64,000 bases of DNA from Candidatus Omnitrophota bacterium (GCA_037146775.1 JBAWWL010000003.1:66334-130333); one strand, 5' to 3'; shown: positions 1-8,956, numbered from the stretch's first letter. The notes: generated by a model not told the origin, from the sequence alone. Numbers and translations are program-made.

Positions 1-2
1 AC

Positions 3-338
3 GGAAAAGGTGATCAGACCCGTTCTTTTTGCTATGTTGATGATCTCATAAAAGGTATTTTAGAGACGATGAAGGCTACCTATCAACTTCCGCTTAATTT
101 AGGCAATCCTCGTGAGTTTAGAGTAATCGATTTAGCTAAAATAGTTATCAAGATGACCGGCTCATCCTCAAAGATAAAATTTATGGCTTTGCCGCAAGAT
201 GACCCGCGTAAACGTAAGCCCAGTATTGCCAAAGCCAAAAAACTATTACGGTGGCAGCCGGTGATTACCTTAGAAGAGGGATTGAAGAAAACCATACTAT
301 ATTTTAGAAAGAAAATTCAAACAGTCTCGGTAGATTAA
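3..338 (+). CDS. NAD-dependent epimerase/dehydratase, 3' partial (UDP-glucuronate decarboxylase-like C-terminus)
   Basis: Frame 3 from the window edge reads GKGDQTRSFCYVDDLIKGIL, matching the conserved UXS/dTDP-glucose-dehydratase GxQTRxFxYVxD motif. It continues into the listed 89-aa ORF, so the 5' end lies outside the window. Confidence 0.6.
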   Translation, partial: GKGDQTRSFCYVDDLIKGILETMKATYQLPLNLGNPREFRVIDLAKIVIKMTGSSSKIKFMALPQDDPRKRKPSIAKAKKLLRWQPVITLEEGLKKTILYFRKKIQTVSVD

Positions 339-375
339 ATAGTAATAACATTCAGTTTATTTTGTAGGAGGTACA

Positions 376-1329
376 ATGAAGGTTTTAATTACCGGAATTA
401 CTGGTTTTGTGGGTTCGCATTTTGCGGAGTATCTTCTCAAAAAAGGAGATATAAAGATTTATGGACTAGTCAGGTGGCGTTCAGACATTAAAAATATAAG
501 CCACATTAAAGATAAATTGACTCTCTATGAGGCAGATATACGAGATTTTATGAGCGTAAAGAGCACCATTGAAAAAATTATGCCCGATAAAATTTTTCAT
601 CTGGCTGCCCAATCTTTTGTCGGTACCTCTTTCAATGCTCCGCAGGAAACCCTTACTACCAATATTATCGGCGAGCTGAATATTTTTGAAGCGGTAAAGG
701 CTTTAGGTATCAATCCCCCTATCCAGATTTGCGGTTCTTCCGAAGAGTACGGCCTGGTGCATAAAAACGAATTGCCCATAAAAGAAACTAACCCCTTGCG
801 TCCGCTTTCTCCCTATGCAGTAAGTAAGGTTACTCAAGACTTATTAGGTTACCAATACTTTAAGAGTTATGGATTAAACATAATAGTAACCCGCGCTTTT
901 AATCATACCGGAAGACGCCGCGGGGAACCTTTTGTCTCGTCCAATTTTTCTAAACAAATTGCCATGATTGAGAAAGGTAAGCAGGATCCGGTTATTCACG
1001 TAGGAAACTTAGAAGCAATAAGAGATTTTAATGACGTGAGAGATGTTGTAAGGGCTTACTGGTCATCTTTAGAAAAATGTAGGCCCGGAGAGGTTTATAA
1101 TATTTGTAGTGGCAAAGGCTATAGAATTCAGGAAGTTTTAGACATCCTTCTTTCTTATACAAAAGTGAAAGTTAAAATAAAGCAAGATCCGGAGCGCATG
1201 CGGCCGTCAGATGTTCCGGTTTTAATTGGCGATTGCTCAAAATTTAAAGAAGAAACCGGCTGGAGCCCGGAAATACCCTTTGAAAAGACACTCGAAGATT
1301 TATTGAATTATTGGAGAGAAAACGTTTAA
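376..1329 (+). CDS. SDR-family NDP-sugar dehydratase/reductase (GDP-mannose 4,6-dehydratase / Rmd-like)
   Basis: N-terminal Rossmann motif ITGITGFVGSHFAEYL, a YxxxK catalytic dyad (PYAVSK), and a Gmd-like FNHTGRRRGEPFVSSNFSKQIA segment. Confidence 0.65.
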   Translation: MKVLITGITGFVGSHFAEYLLKKGDIKIYGLVRWRSDIKNISHIKDKLTLYEADIRDFMSVKSTIEKIMPDKIFHLAAQSFVGTSFNAPQETLTTNIIGELNIFEAVKALGINPPIQICGSSEEYGLVHKNELPIKETNPLRPLSPYAVSKVTQDLLGYQYFKSYGLNIIVTRAFNHTGRRRGEPFVSSNFSKQIAMIEKGKQDPVIHVGNLEAIRDFNDVRDVVRAYWSSLEKCRPGEVYNICSGKGYRIQEVLDILLSYTKVKVKIKQDPERMRPSDVPVLIGDCSKFKEETGWSPEIPFEKTLEDLLNYWRENV

Positions 1330-1358
1330 ATCATAATTTGCACAAGAAATTAATTTCT

Positions 1359-2330
1359 ATGCCAATACAAAATATAGCTATGGTCGGCCTGGGCGCGTGG
1401 GGTAAAAATATTCTGCGTAATTTATATGAATTAAAAGCTATACGTGTCGCGTGTGACTGTAATCTTGATACCTTGCGCGAGCGCAAAAAAGAATTTCCTG
1501 ACATAGCTTATACTGCCACGTTTGACGATATCCTGAAAGATAACGCGGTTACGGCGGTATGTATTGCCACTCCTGCCTCAACACATTATAAATTAGCAAA
1601 GATGGCTCTTGATGCGCATAAAGACGTATTTGTGGAAAAGCCGTTGGCGTTTAATGTTAAACATGGCAGAGAGCTGATGCGTATCGCCGAGAAAAAAAAG
1701 AAAATTCTCATGGTTGGTCATATCCTGCAGTATCATCCGGCTATTATTAGACTCAAAAGCCTTCTTGAAGAAGGAGCTCTTGGGCAAGTGCAATATATCT
1801 ATTCCAATAGGTTGAATATAGGTAAATTGCGCGTTGAGGAAAATATTCTATGGAGTTTTGCTCCGCACGACATTTCTGTGCTTTTAATGCTGATTGGCTC
1901 AGAGCCTTTAAGGGTAGATTGTTTCGGTGCTTCTTATATCAATAAGGGTATCAGCGATGTTACTATGACTACCCTTGAATTTAAGAACAATATAAAAGCG
2001 CATATTTTTGTAAGCTGGTTACATCCTTTCAAAGAACACAAATTGATTGTAGTCGGTTCAAAGGCTATGGCAGTTTTTGACGATTTAACAAAAGAGAAAT
2101 TATTTATTTATCCTCACAAAATAGAGTGGCACAACGGTAAAATTCCTGTTGCGCATAAAGCCGAGTATTATTGTCTGCCCATAGAAGAGAAAGAGCCATT
2201 GCGAGAAGAAATATTACATTTTATTGAATGCATTGCTGCGCGTAAAGTTCCCAAGACAGACGTAAAAGAAGGCTTAAAAGTTTTAAAAGTATTGGCGGAA
2301 GCGGAGCGAAAGCTGCGCGCTAGAAAATAG
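1359..2330 (+). CDS. Gfo/Idh/MocA family oxidoreductase (WbpB-like NDP-sugar 3-dehydrogenase)
   Basis: Rossmann motif IAMVGLGAWG followed by the EKP motif (VFVEKPLA). The start is chosen at the in-frame ATG at 1359, after the previous stop; the listed ORF begins at 1311 inside the upstream gene. Confidence 0.65.
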   Translation: MPIQNIAMVGLGAWGKNILRNLYELKAIRVACDCNLDTLRERKKEFPDIAYTATFDDILKDNAVTAVCIATPASTHYKLAKMALDAHKDVFVEKPLAFNVKHGRELMRIAEKKKKILMVGHILQYHPAIIRLKSLLEEGALGQVQYIYSNRLNIGKLRVEENILWSFAPHDISVLLMLIGSEPLRVDCFGASYINKGISDVTMTTLEFKNNIKAHIFVSWLHPFKEHKLIVVGSKAMAVFDDLTKEKLFIYPHKIEWHNGKIPVAHKAEYYCLPIEEKEPLREEILHFIECIAARKVPKTDVKEGLKVLKVLAEAERKLRARK

Positions 2331-2339
2331 TAAAATATC

Positions 2340-2921
2340 ATGTCTAAACTAGCAAAAAAATATTTTATTCACACATCTTCCATTATTGACGAAAATGTGG
2401 AAATAGGAGAAGGAACTAGAGTTTGGCATTTTTCGCATGTGTTGTCTGGTTCGAAAATTGGCAAAAATTGTAATATCGGACAAAACGTGGTTATTGGCCC
2501 CAATGTTGTTATGGGCGATAATTGTAAGATACAAAATAATGTGTCGCTTTACGAAGGCGTTATGCTGGATGACGATGTATTTTGCGGGCCATCCTGTGTT
2601 TTCACGAATGTCATTAATCCCCGCAGCGCAGTTTGTAGAAGAAGCGAGATGCGCAAAACTATAGTCAAAAAGGGAGCCACCATCGGTGCCAATGCAACCA
2701 TTGTGTGCGGCCATACCTTAGGAAAACATTCTTTTGTCGGTGCCGCAGCGGTAGTAACAAAAGATGTGTCTGACTATGCTCTTGTGTATGGCAATCCTGC
2801 CCGTCTCAAGGGGTATATGTGTGAGTGCGGTATAAAACTAGAGTTTAAAAAGGCTAAAGCTATTTGTAAAAGTTGTGCTAAAACATATTGTAAAACTAGC
2901 GCTGGCATTCAAAAAATATAG
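2340..2921 (+). CDS. hexapeptide-repeat N-acetyltransferase (WbpD/WlbB-like)
   Basis: Left-handed beta-helix hexapeptide repeats (IGKNCNIGQNVVIGPNVVMGDNCKIQNNV). It sits next to an oxidoreductase and an aminotransferase, as in 2,3-diacetamido-sugar pathways. Confidence 0.6.
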   Translation: MSKLAKKYFIHTSSIIDENVEIGEGTRVWHFSHVLSGSKIGKNCNIGQNVVIGPNVVMGDNCKIQNNVSLYEGVMLDDDVFCGPSCVFTNVINPRSAVCRRSEMRKTIVKKGATIGANATIVCGHTLGKHSFVGAAAVVTKDVSDYALVYGNPARLKGYMCECGIKLEFKKAKAICKSCAKTYCKTSAGIQKI

Positions 2922-4226
2922 ATGGCAAAGAATTTATCTATACCTCTCTTAGATTTAAAACGCGAATATGCTTTCTTAAAGAAAAGTATCGATCGAGAGC
3001 TCAAAAGCTGCTTTGCTCATCAGGCCTGGATTCTGGGAGAAAAAGTAACCCAATTTGAAAATCAAGTCGCCAAGTATTTGGATACAAAACATGCCATTGG
3101 TGTTGCCTCCGGGACAGACGCTCTAATTTTATCTTTACGGGCTTTAGCTATAAAACTTAAAAATAAAGAGTATTTCGACAAAAACGATGAAATTATCACT
3201 ACACCCTTTACTTTTGTCGCTACTGCCGAAGCAATTGTTCGTAGCGGCGCTACGCCTGTGTTTGTAGATATAAACCCCAACACCTTTAATATTGATCCCC
3301 AAGAAATAAAAAAAGCTATCACTAAAAATACCGTAGGTATTATACCGGTGCATCTTTTTGGTTTAGCCTGCCAAATGAATGAAATTTTAAGTATCGCCCG
3401 GGAAAATAATTTATTTATCGTTGAAGACGTCGCCCAAGCTTTTGGAGCCGAATATAGGTCAGAAGTCAGAGGACAGAGGACAGAAGACAGAAAAAAACTG
3501 GGGACTATCGGTAATTGTGGGGCGTTTAGTTTTTTTCCTTCCAAGAACTTAGGTAGTTACGGTGATGCAGGAATGGTTACCACTAACGATCCTAAACTTG
3601 CCGAGTTAATCAAGGTATTGCGGGCTCATGGTCAAACCAAGCAGTACGATGCTGCGTATATCGGTTACAACTCCCGTCTCGATTCTATGCAGGCAGCCAT
3701 ACTCTTGGCTAAGCTAAAATATATCAATAAATTTAACTCTATCCGTATTGCTACTGCGCATAAATATTATCAGGCCTTAAAAGGTATCAAAAGTATCCAA
3801 CTCCCACCGATATTCGATGTCTCTGGCCATCGACTTCCGACCTCTGACCTCTGTCTTCTGTCTTCTGGTCTCCAGCCTCTGACCTCTGACGTCTGTCCTC
3901 TGTCTTCTGGTCTCCAACCTCTGATCTCTGACGTCTGTCGTCTGACTTCTGAATCCTCCCACGTCTACAACCTCTACACCATCAAAGTTTCTAGCCAGGT
4001 CCGCGATAAACTCCTAAGTTTTTTAAACACCAAAGGTATCGGCGCGCGCGTATATTACCCTGTTGCTCTTCACCAAATGAAAGCCTTCAAAAATGCCAAG
4101 ATTATAGGGAGCCTGCAAAATAGCGAAGAAGCTACCAAACAAGTAATTTCTTTACCCGTCCACCCCTTTTTAAAACCGCAAGAAATAAAATTAGTTATTC
4201 AAACAATAACTGAAGCAAGCCAATAA
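2922..4226 (+). CDS. DegT/DnrJ/EryC1/StrS-family PLP aminotransferase (WbpE-like), carrying two in-frame repeat insertions
   Basis: Conserved DegT blocks (ITTPFTFVATAEAI, IVEDVAQAFGA, FSFFPSKNLGSYGDAG, HVYNLYTI). It is about 40-50 aa longer than usual because of heptamer-repeat-encoded inserts at 3456-3492 and 3836-3952. Confidence 0.75.
   Translation: MAKNLSIPLLDLKREYAFLKKSIDRELKSCFAHQAWILGEKVTQFENQVAKYLDTKHAIGVASGTDALILSLRALAIKLKNKEYFDKNDEIITTPFTFVATAEAIVRSGATPVFVDINPNTFNIDPQEIKKAITKNTVGIIPVHLFGLACQMNEILSIARENNLFIVEDVAQAFGAEYRSEVRGQRTEDRKKLGTIGNCGAFSFFPSKNLGSYGDAGMVTTNDPKLAELIKVLRAHGQTKQYDAAYIGYNSRLDSMQAAILLAKLKYINKFNSIRIATAHKYYQALKGIKSIQLPPIFDVSGHRLPTSDLCLLSSGLQPLTSDVCPLSSGLQPLISDVCRLTSESSHVYNLYTIKVSSQVRDKLLSFLNTKGIGARVYYPVALHQMKAFKNAKIIGSLQNSEEATKQVISLPVHPFLKPQEIKLVIQTITEASQ
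3456..3492 (+). repeat. heptanucleotide tandem repeat (GTCAGAG/GACAGAA units), forward orientation, in frame inside the DegT gene
   Basis: Five consecutive 7-nt units encode SEVRGQRTEDRK. This is the same unit family as 52271-52430. Confidence 0.7.
3836..3952 (-). repeat. heptanucleotide tandem repeat array, inverted copy (CTCTGAC/TTCTGTC units), in frame inside the DegT gene
   Basis: About 16 units that are the reverse complement of GTCAGAG/GACAGAA. Read on the - strand they give the RTEDRGQ-type peptide (antisense ORF 3777..3962). Confidence 0.7.
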
Positions 4227-4255
4227 AGCTACACCAAATTTTCTAACAAATAGCG

Positions 4256-4397
4256 ATGAAAGAAGTTGATATTACTATTATTGGTGCGGGAGTGGTAGGT
4301 TTGGCAATTGCCGCAAGACTTGCCAAAGTAAACCGTTCTCTATACGTGATAGAAAGGCATGATTCTTTTGGCCAGGAGACTAGCTCAGGGAATTGAA
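4256..4397 (+). pseudogene. truncated duplicate of the N-terminus of the FAD-dependent oxidoreductase gene at 5977..7122
   Basis: Encodes MKEVDITIIGAGVVGLAIAARLAKVNRSLYVIERHDSFGQETSSGN then a stop. The first ~55 nt are near-identical to 5983-6037, and the sequence diverges after that. Confidence 0.6.
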
Positions 4398-4504
4398 TAT
4401 ACAGAGGCCGCAGCATTCCCTATCTTACATAATTTACCTTGTATTATAGCCAATATAGCTATATTATATCCTTGGATATTAGCCATATATAAAAAAAATC
4501 TGTT

Positions 4505-5836
4505 ATGAAAAGAGACTTGGAAAGAGATTTATTCAATTGGAAAGAATGCAAAGATAGGCTGCCATTATTATTGCGCGGCGCGCGGCAAGTAGGTAAAAGT
4601 TATATTGTAGAAGAGTTTGGGAAGAAGGCCTTTAAAAATATAGTTATCGTTAATTTTGAATTTAGGCCTGAACTTAAACAATGTTTTACTACACTTGACC
4701 CCGTTGAAATTATTAATAAGCTGCAGCTGCTTACGGGTGAAGTCATAGAAGCAGAAAATACTTTGCTTTTTCTCGATGAGATACAGGAATGCCCCAATGC
4801 AATAATGGCTTTACGGTATTTCAAGGAAAAGCATGATCGGCTTGCCGTTATCGGGGCAGGTTCATTGATGGAATTTGCTCTTAATAATTCAAGTTTTAAA
4901 ATGCCGGTAGGAAGAGTGCAGTTTATATATCTTGAGCCTTTATCGTTTGGCGAGTTTTTGACGGCATCCGGGAATGAACTGTTGCGGAGTCATCTGCGGG
5001 AAATACGATTGAGCAGCGTATTTGAAAACACGGTACACCAGAAGTTGATGGATTTGTTGCGGGTATATCTTATTGTAGGAGGTATGCCGGCAGTGGTTAA
5101 AGAATATCTTGATAACAGAAACTTTTTAAATTGCCAGCGAATTCAAAATTCTTTACTGCAAGCGTATCGGAATGATTTTGGGAAATATGCTAAGACTTCT
5201 GAACAGAAATATTTACAAAAAGTATTAGATGAAGCTCCGCGGCTTGTTGGCGATCGCATTAAGTATTCGAATATCGATGCTGATAGTAAATCAAGAGATA
5301 TTAAACAGGCGCTTAACCTTTTAAAATTAACCGGTATTATTTATCCGGTATATGCAACTAGCGCTTCAGGGCTTCCTTTGGAAGCGCAAGTTAATGAAAT
5401 GAAATTTAAGTTAAATTTTCTTGATGTAGGTCTAATGCAAAATGCATGCGGTTTACAATCAGAACTTACATTAACGAACGATTTTATTCAGATTAATTCC
5501 GGCGCTGTAACGGAGCAGTTTATCGGCCAGGAATTAAGGGCCCATTATGATAGTTATTTAAAGCGAGGCCTTTTTTTCTGGGCGCGTGATAAAAAAAACA
5601 GTTCAGCTGAAGTTGACTATGTTATCGCGGTAGATTCCTTAATACTGCCGGTAGAGGTTAAGGCAGGCAAGACCGGCACGCTTAAGTCACTAAAGCTGTT
5701 TATGGAAGAAAAGAAGTCATTGTTTGGCGTGCGCTTTTCGCAGGAGAAGTTATCTTTGTATGATAAAGTATTAACATTGCCGTTATATATGACAGAGCAG
5801 ATAAAAAGATTAGTTCGGGAAGCAGGCAGCCTATAA
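4505..5836 (+). CDS. AAA-family ATPase (COG1373 / DUF4143-type)
   Basis: Walker A motif GARQVGKS, a Walker B-like LLFLDEIQ, and a length and architecture typical of the predicted ATPase (AAA+) with a C-terminal DUF4143 domain. Confidence 0.65.
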   Translation: MKRDLERDLFNWKECKDRLPLLLRGARQVGKSYIVEEFGKKAFKNIVIVNFEFRPELKQCFTTLDPVEIINKLQLLTGEVIEAENTLLFLDEIQECPNAIMALRYFKEKHDRLAVIGAGSLMEFALNNSSFKMPVGRVQFIYLEPLSFGEFLTASGNELLRSHLREIRLSSVFENTVHQKLMDLLRVYLIVGGMPAVVKEYLDNRNFLNCQRIQNSLLQAYRNDFGKYAKTSEQKYLQKVLDEAPRLVGDRIKYSNIDADSKSRDIKQALNLLKLTGIIYPVYATSASGLPLEAQVNEMKFKLNFLDVGLMQNACGLQSELTLTNDFIQINSGAVTEQFIGQELRAHYDSYLKRGLFFWARDKKNSSAEVDYVIAVDSLILPVEVKAGKTGTLKSLKLFMEEKKSLFGVRFSQEKLSLYDKVLTLPLYMTEQIKRLVREAGSL

Positions 5837-5976
5837 CATAACAATTATTGACAGCATTAAAATCAGTAATTTGTTTGGTCGGATACCATCCTTTACCACG
5901 GAAGAGAGAATTAGTATGAGGGAATTAAAAATTCTCTTTTTGTGTTACATTTCTTATAAATGCTAAAAATAACACT

Positions 5977-7122
5977 TTGTGTATGGAAGAAGTTGATATT
6001 ACTATTATTGGTGCGGGAGTGGTAGGTTTGGCAATCGCTGCACGAATAGCTAAGCCAAATCGTTCTTTATATATTATTGAACGCCATAATACATTTGGCC
6101 AGGAAACCAGCTCAAGAAACAGCGAAGTAATCCATGCCGGCATCTATTACCCCAATGGATCTTTAAAAGCACAATTATGTGTTGAAGGTAATAGAATGCT
6201 TTATGAGATTTGTTCCAAGCATGGTATCAGTCATAAAAGGATAGAGAAGCTTATTGTGTCAACTAATCCGCAAGAAGAAGAGGATTTGCACAAGCTCTTA
6301 GAAAATGGCTGCGCTAACGGTGTTCCTGGTCTAAAACTGTTTTCACAAGAAGAAATACGAAAACTTGAGCCCAATATAAAAACTCGCCTTGCCCTGCATT
6401 CTTCGTCTACCGGAATAATTGATACGCACAGTCTTATGAAATATTTTGAACATACTTGCAAGGCTAATCAAGGAGAGATTGTCTATGGCTGTGCAGTAAC
6501 CGGTTTGCAAAAATCGGCTTTAAGTTACGAAGTTAGCGTTAAGGATGTTTCCGGCGATACTTTTAAATTTAATTCCCGCATTGTGATTAATAGCGCCGGC
6601 CTAGAGTCAGACTATATTGCGCAGATGCTGGGTATAGATATTGATAAGCAAAATTACCGTTTAAAATATTGTAAGGGGCAGTATTTTCGCGTAATAAATT
6701 CAAGGAAATGCAGCCTTATCAACAGGCTTATTTATCCGGTACCGCACGAGAAAGCCTCTGGTTTAGGTGTGCATGCCACGAAAGACTTAGGTGGAGGTTT
6801 GCGTCTTGGTCCGGATACACAGTATGTAGATAGAAATAAATTCGATTACGAAGTCGATGTATCAAGACGTAAACATTTCTTTAAAGCAGCCTCGACTTTT
6901 TTACCTTTTTTAAAAGAGGAAGATTTAATACCTGATACCTCAGGAATGCGGCCAAAACTTCAGGGAGAAGGTGAGGATTTCCGTGATTTCGTAATTAAAG
7001 AGGAAAGTTCTTTAGGTTTTCCAGGTTTCATCAATCTTATCGGAATCGAATCCCCAGGTTTAACCAGCGCCCCGGCGATAGTGGAATACGTAGAAAAGAT
7101 TATAAAACCATTTCTTTTTTAA
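5977..7122 (+). CDS. FAD-dependent oxidoreductase (L-2-hydroxyglutarate oxidase / glycerol-3-P dehydrogenase-like)
   Basis: Dinucleotide-binding motif DITIIGAGVVGLAIA at the N-terminus, and about 380 aa of DAO-family architecture. Confidence 0.65.
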   Translation: MCMEEVDITIIGAGVVGLAIAARIAKPNRSLYIIERHNTFGQETSSRNSEVIHAGIYYPNGSLKAQLCVEGNRMLYEICSKHGISHKRIEKLIVSTNPQEEEDLHKLLENGCANGVPGLKLFSQEEIRKLEPNIKTRLALHSSSTGIIDTHSLMKYFEHTCKANQGEIVYGCAVTGLQKSALSYEVSVKDVSGDTFKFNSRIVINSAGLESDYIAQMLGIDIDKQNYRLKYCKGQYFRVINSRKCSLINRLIYPVPHEKASGLGVHATKDLGGGLRLGPDTQYVDRNKFDYEVDVSRRKHFFKAASTFLPFLKEEDLIPDTSGMRPKLQGEGEDFRDFVIKEESSLGFPGFINLIGIESPGLTSAPAIVEYVEKIIKPFLF

Positions 7123-7290
7123 AGTAAAAAATTTTTATATTTTGACATGTCATTTTGATATTTAATCGACGCGCAGATAACCCTGGCAGAGCCAGAGTTA
7201 AAATGCGCCAAAGATTATCCCGACGAGGTTGCGGGAAATTCTCTTCGACAATTTCCCGCATATTCAGCCGAGTCGGGAATATCCAGAGAA

Positions 7291-7310
7291 ACCACGGGCT
7301 TTGGCCCGTG
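7291..7310. terminator. perfect 8-bp stem hairpin (CCACGGGC-TTTG-GCCCGTGG) between convergent genes; candidate bidirectional terminator
   Basis: The GC-rich perfect inverted repeat lies immediately 3' of the - strand GT2 stop (7316) and about 170 nt 3' of the + strand gene's stop. A second hairpin, TGCGGGAAATT-N10-AATTTCCCGCA, lies at 7238-7270. Confidence 0.5.
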
Positions 7311-7315
7311 GAGGT

Positions 7316-8062
7316 TCATTCTTTGATATTTAATTTAAATAGCTCACGTTTTTGCATTCTTATCTTAACCAAGCCAAGAAAAGACTTTATCCCATCGCGC
7401 AAAGGCTTTACCTTAGAGGTTTCTTTTTTGTCTTTCCAGGTTATCGGCACCTCTTTTATACTAAAAGAAAGCCGAGCTGCTAGATAGATTACTTCACTGT
7501 CAAAACTCCAATCATTTCTCGTGACGCGGGAAAAGATACTTTTTGCTGCTTCTTTTTTAAATAACTTAAAACCACAATTATAGTCTCTAATTTTTGTCCC
7601 AAGAATCACCCCAGAAAGCATTATATAGATATTGCCTAAAATATTTCTATGTAGCGGTTGATAGGTTTCTATGGTTGCTCCGGGCACTCGACGAGAGGCA
7701 ATGGCGATATCGTTTCCATCCATAATTACCGCTATCAGCTTATCAAGTTGGCCAATGCGGGTAGAATTGTCCGCATCCATAAAAAGTATTAGTTCCCCAT
7801 TTGCTGCAAGTATACCTCTTTTGACGGTATAGCCCTTGCCGTGGTTAGTATCGTTTTTCAAAAGGGTAAAAGTATTGAATGCTGGTGCTATTTTGTATGC
7901 AGCCTCAACGGTTTTATCGGTCGAACCATCATCAATCACAATTATCTCGTACTGATAATCCTTCGTTTTAAGATAATCGACAATTTCCTGTAGAGTAGAG
8001 CTGATATTCAACTCTTCGTTGTATGCGGGAATGACTATTGATAAATATATTTTTCTCATCAA
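7316..8062 (-). CDS. GT2 polyprenyl-phosphate sugar synthase (DPM1/GtrB/ArnC-like)
   Basis: LSIVIPAYNEE near the N-terminus, DDGSTD, and the DAD motif (FMDADNS). Confidence 0.8.
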   Translation of the reverse strand: MMRKIYLSIVIPAYNEELNISSTLQEIVDYLKTKDYQYEIIVIDDGSTDKTVEAAYKIAPAFNTFTLLKNDTNHGKGYTVKRGILAANGELILFMDADNSTRIGQLDKLIAVIMDGNDIAIASRRVPGATIETYQPLHRNILGNIYIMLSGVILGTKIRDYNCGFKLFKKEAAKSIFSRVTRNDWSFDSEVIYLAARLSFSIKEVPITWKDKKETSKVKPLRDGIKSFLGLVKIRMQKRELFKLNIKE

Positions 8063-8242
8063 AAATTATTATAGCATAGAGATAACCGCGCTACCAATGA
8101 AAAGCTTCGAAATCGGTAATAAATGTTTCATTGCCGCACGCATGGCAACATGATAATATTATTGCACTACCCTTTGTTTTAAGTATTAGCTTATTAGGCA
8201 TTTTTGTAATAAAATAGATATATAAAATACCAGAAAAACAAT

Positions 8243-8956
8243 ATGTTTCTATCTATTATTATACCCGCATATAATGAGCAAGAACGTCTTAAGGCCACCC
8301 TTGAAAAGGTTAGCTTATATTTAGATATCAAGCAATACGAGTCTGAAGTTATCGTGGTCGACGATGGTTCAACTGATGATACTGTCAAGGTGGCACTTTC
8401 TAGTAAACTCAATACTTCAGGTAGGCTTACTATCTTACAAAATGAAGGTAACCGAGGAAAAGGTTTTTCGGTACGCCGGGCAATATTAGCTGCTCGCGGC
8501 GATTACATATTATTCAGTGATGCGGATTTATCTACGCCAACAGAGGAAGTGGAGAAACTTTTTAAACAAATTGAGGCAGGTGCGGATATTGCAATTGGTT
8601 CCCGTTCTATTGAAGGTGCACAAGTGCAAGTGCATCAGCCTTTTTATAGAGAATGGATGGGCAGGCTTTTTAACTTTTTTGTACAGTTGTTTGTATTGAA
8701 AGGTTTTATAGATACGCAATGCGGTTTCAAATTATTAAGAGCCAGTCCTGCTAAAGATATCGCAACTTTTCTTAAAATAGATGGTTTTTCTTTCGACGTT
8801 GAGCTTATGTATCTGGCAACGAAAAAAAATTACAAGATAAAAGAAACTCCTGTCATCTGGATAAACTCTCCTAATAGCCGCGTTAACCCGCTCATTGATT
8901 CCTACAAAATGCTCAAAGATCTTCTGATTATCAAGCAACTACATCGTGAAGATTAA
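8243..8956 (+). CDS. GT2 polyprenyl-phosphate sugar synthase (DPM1/GtrB-like)
   Basis: LSIIIPAYNEQ, VVDDGSTDDT, and FSDADLS motifs. It is divergently transcribed from the 7316..8062 gene. Confidence 0.8.
   Translation: MFLSIIIPAYNEQERLKATLEKVSLYLDIKQYESEVIVVDDGSTDDTVKVALSSKLNTSGRLTILQNEGNRGKGFSVRRAILAARGDYILFSDADLSTPTEEVEKLFKQIEAGADIAIGSRSIEGAQVQVHQPFYREWMGRLFNFFVQLFVLKGFIDTQCGFKLLRASPAKDIATFLKIDGFSFDVELMYLATKKNYKIKETPVIWINSPNSRVNPLIDSYKMLKDLLIIKQLHRED

Noticed and set aside
3456-3952. Possible CRISPR array (regular short repeats)
   Set aside because: The heptamer arrays at 3456-3492, 3836-3952 and 52271-52430 have 7-nt units with no spacers and no adjacent cas genes. The 49878-50175 GATTAC repeats are 16-bp units with irregular spacing and no 28-37-bp repeat / 30-40-bp spacer periodicity. 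Neither fits CRISPR.
3777-3962. 61-aa antisense ORF inside the DegT gene
   Set aside because: It is just the reverse-complement reading of the heptamer array (RTEDRGQ-type peptide) and is fully embedded antisense in a conserved enzyme gene. It is noted only as evidence for the repeat's orientation.
4505-5836. The DUF4143 AAA ATPase as a defence-system component
   Set aside because: No nuclease, methylase, reverse transcriptase, or other defence-associated partner gene is adjacent, and this ATPase family is not a recognised defence marker. The insertion context is reported instead.
7155-7487. 110-aa + strand ORF overlapping the 3' end of the - strand GT2 gene
   Set aside because: It has no RBS or recognisable domain, it lies largely antisense to a well-supported GT2 gene, and it starts inside the hairpin-rich intergenic region. 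It is most likely a spurious ORF.
8063-8242. Divergent promoter/operator region between the two DPM1-like GT2 genes
   Set aside because: Several -35/-10-like hexamers and a short TTGCC...GGCAA stem are present. In a ~30% GC intergenic region these are not distinguishable from chance without TSS data, so no specific site is called.
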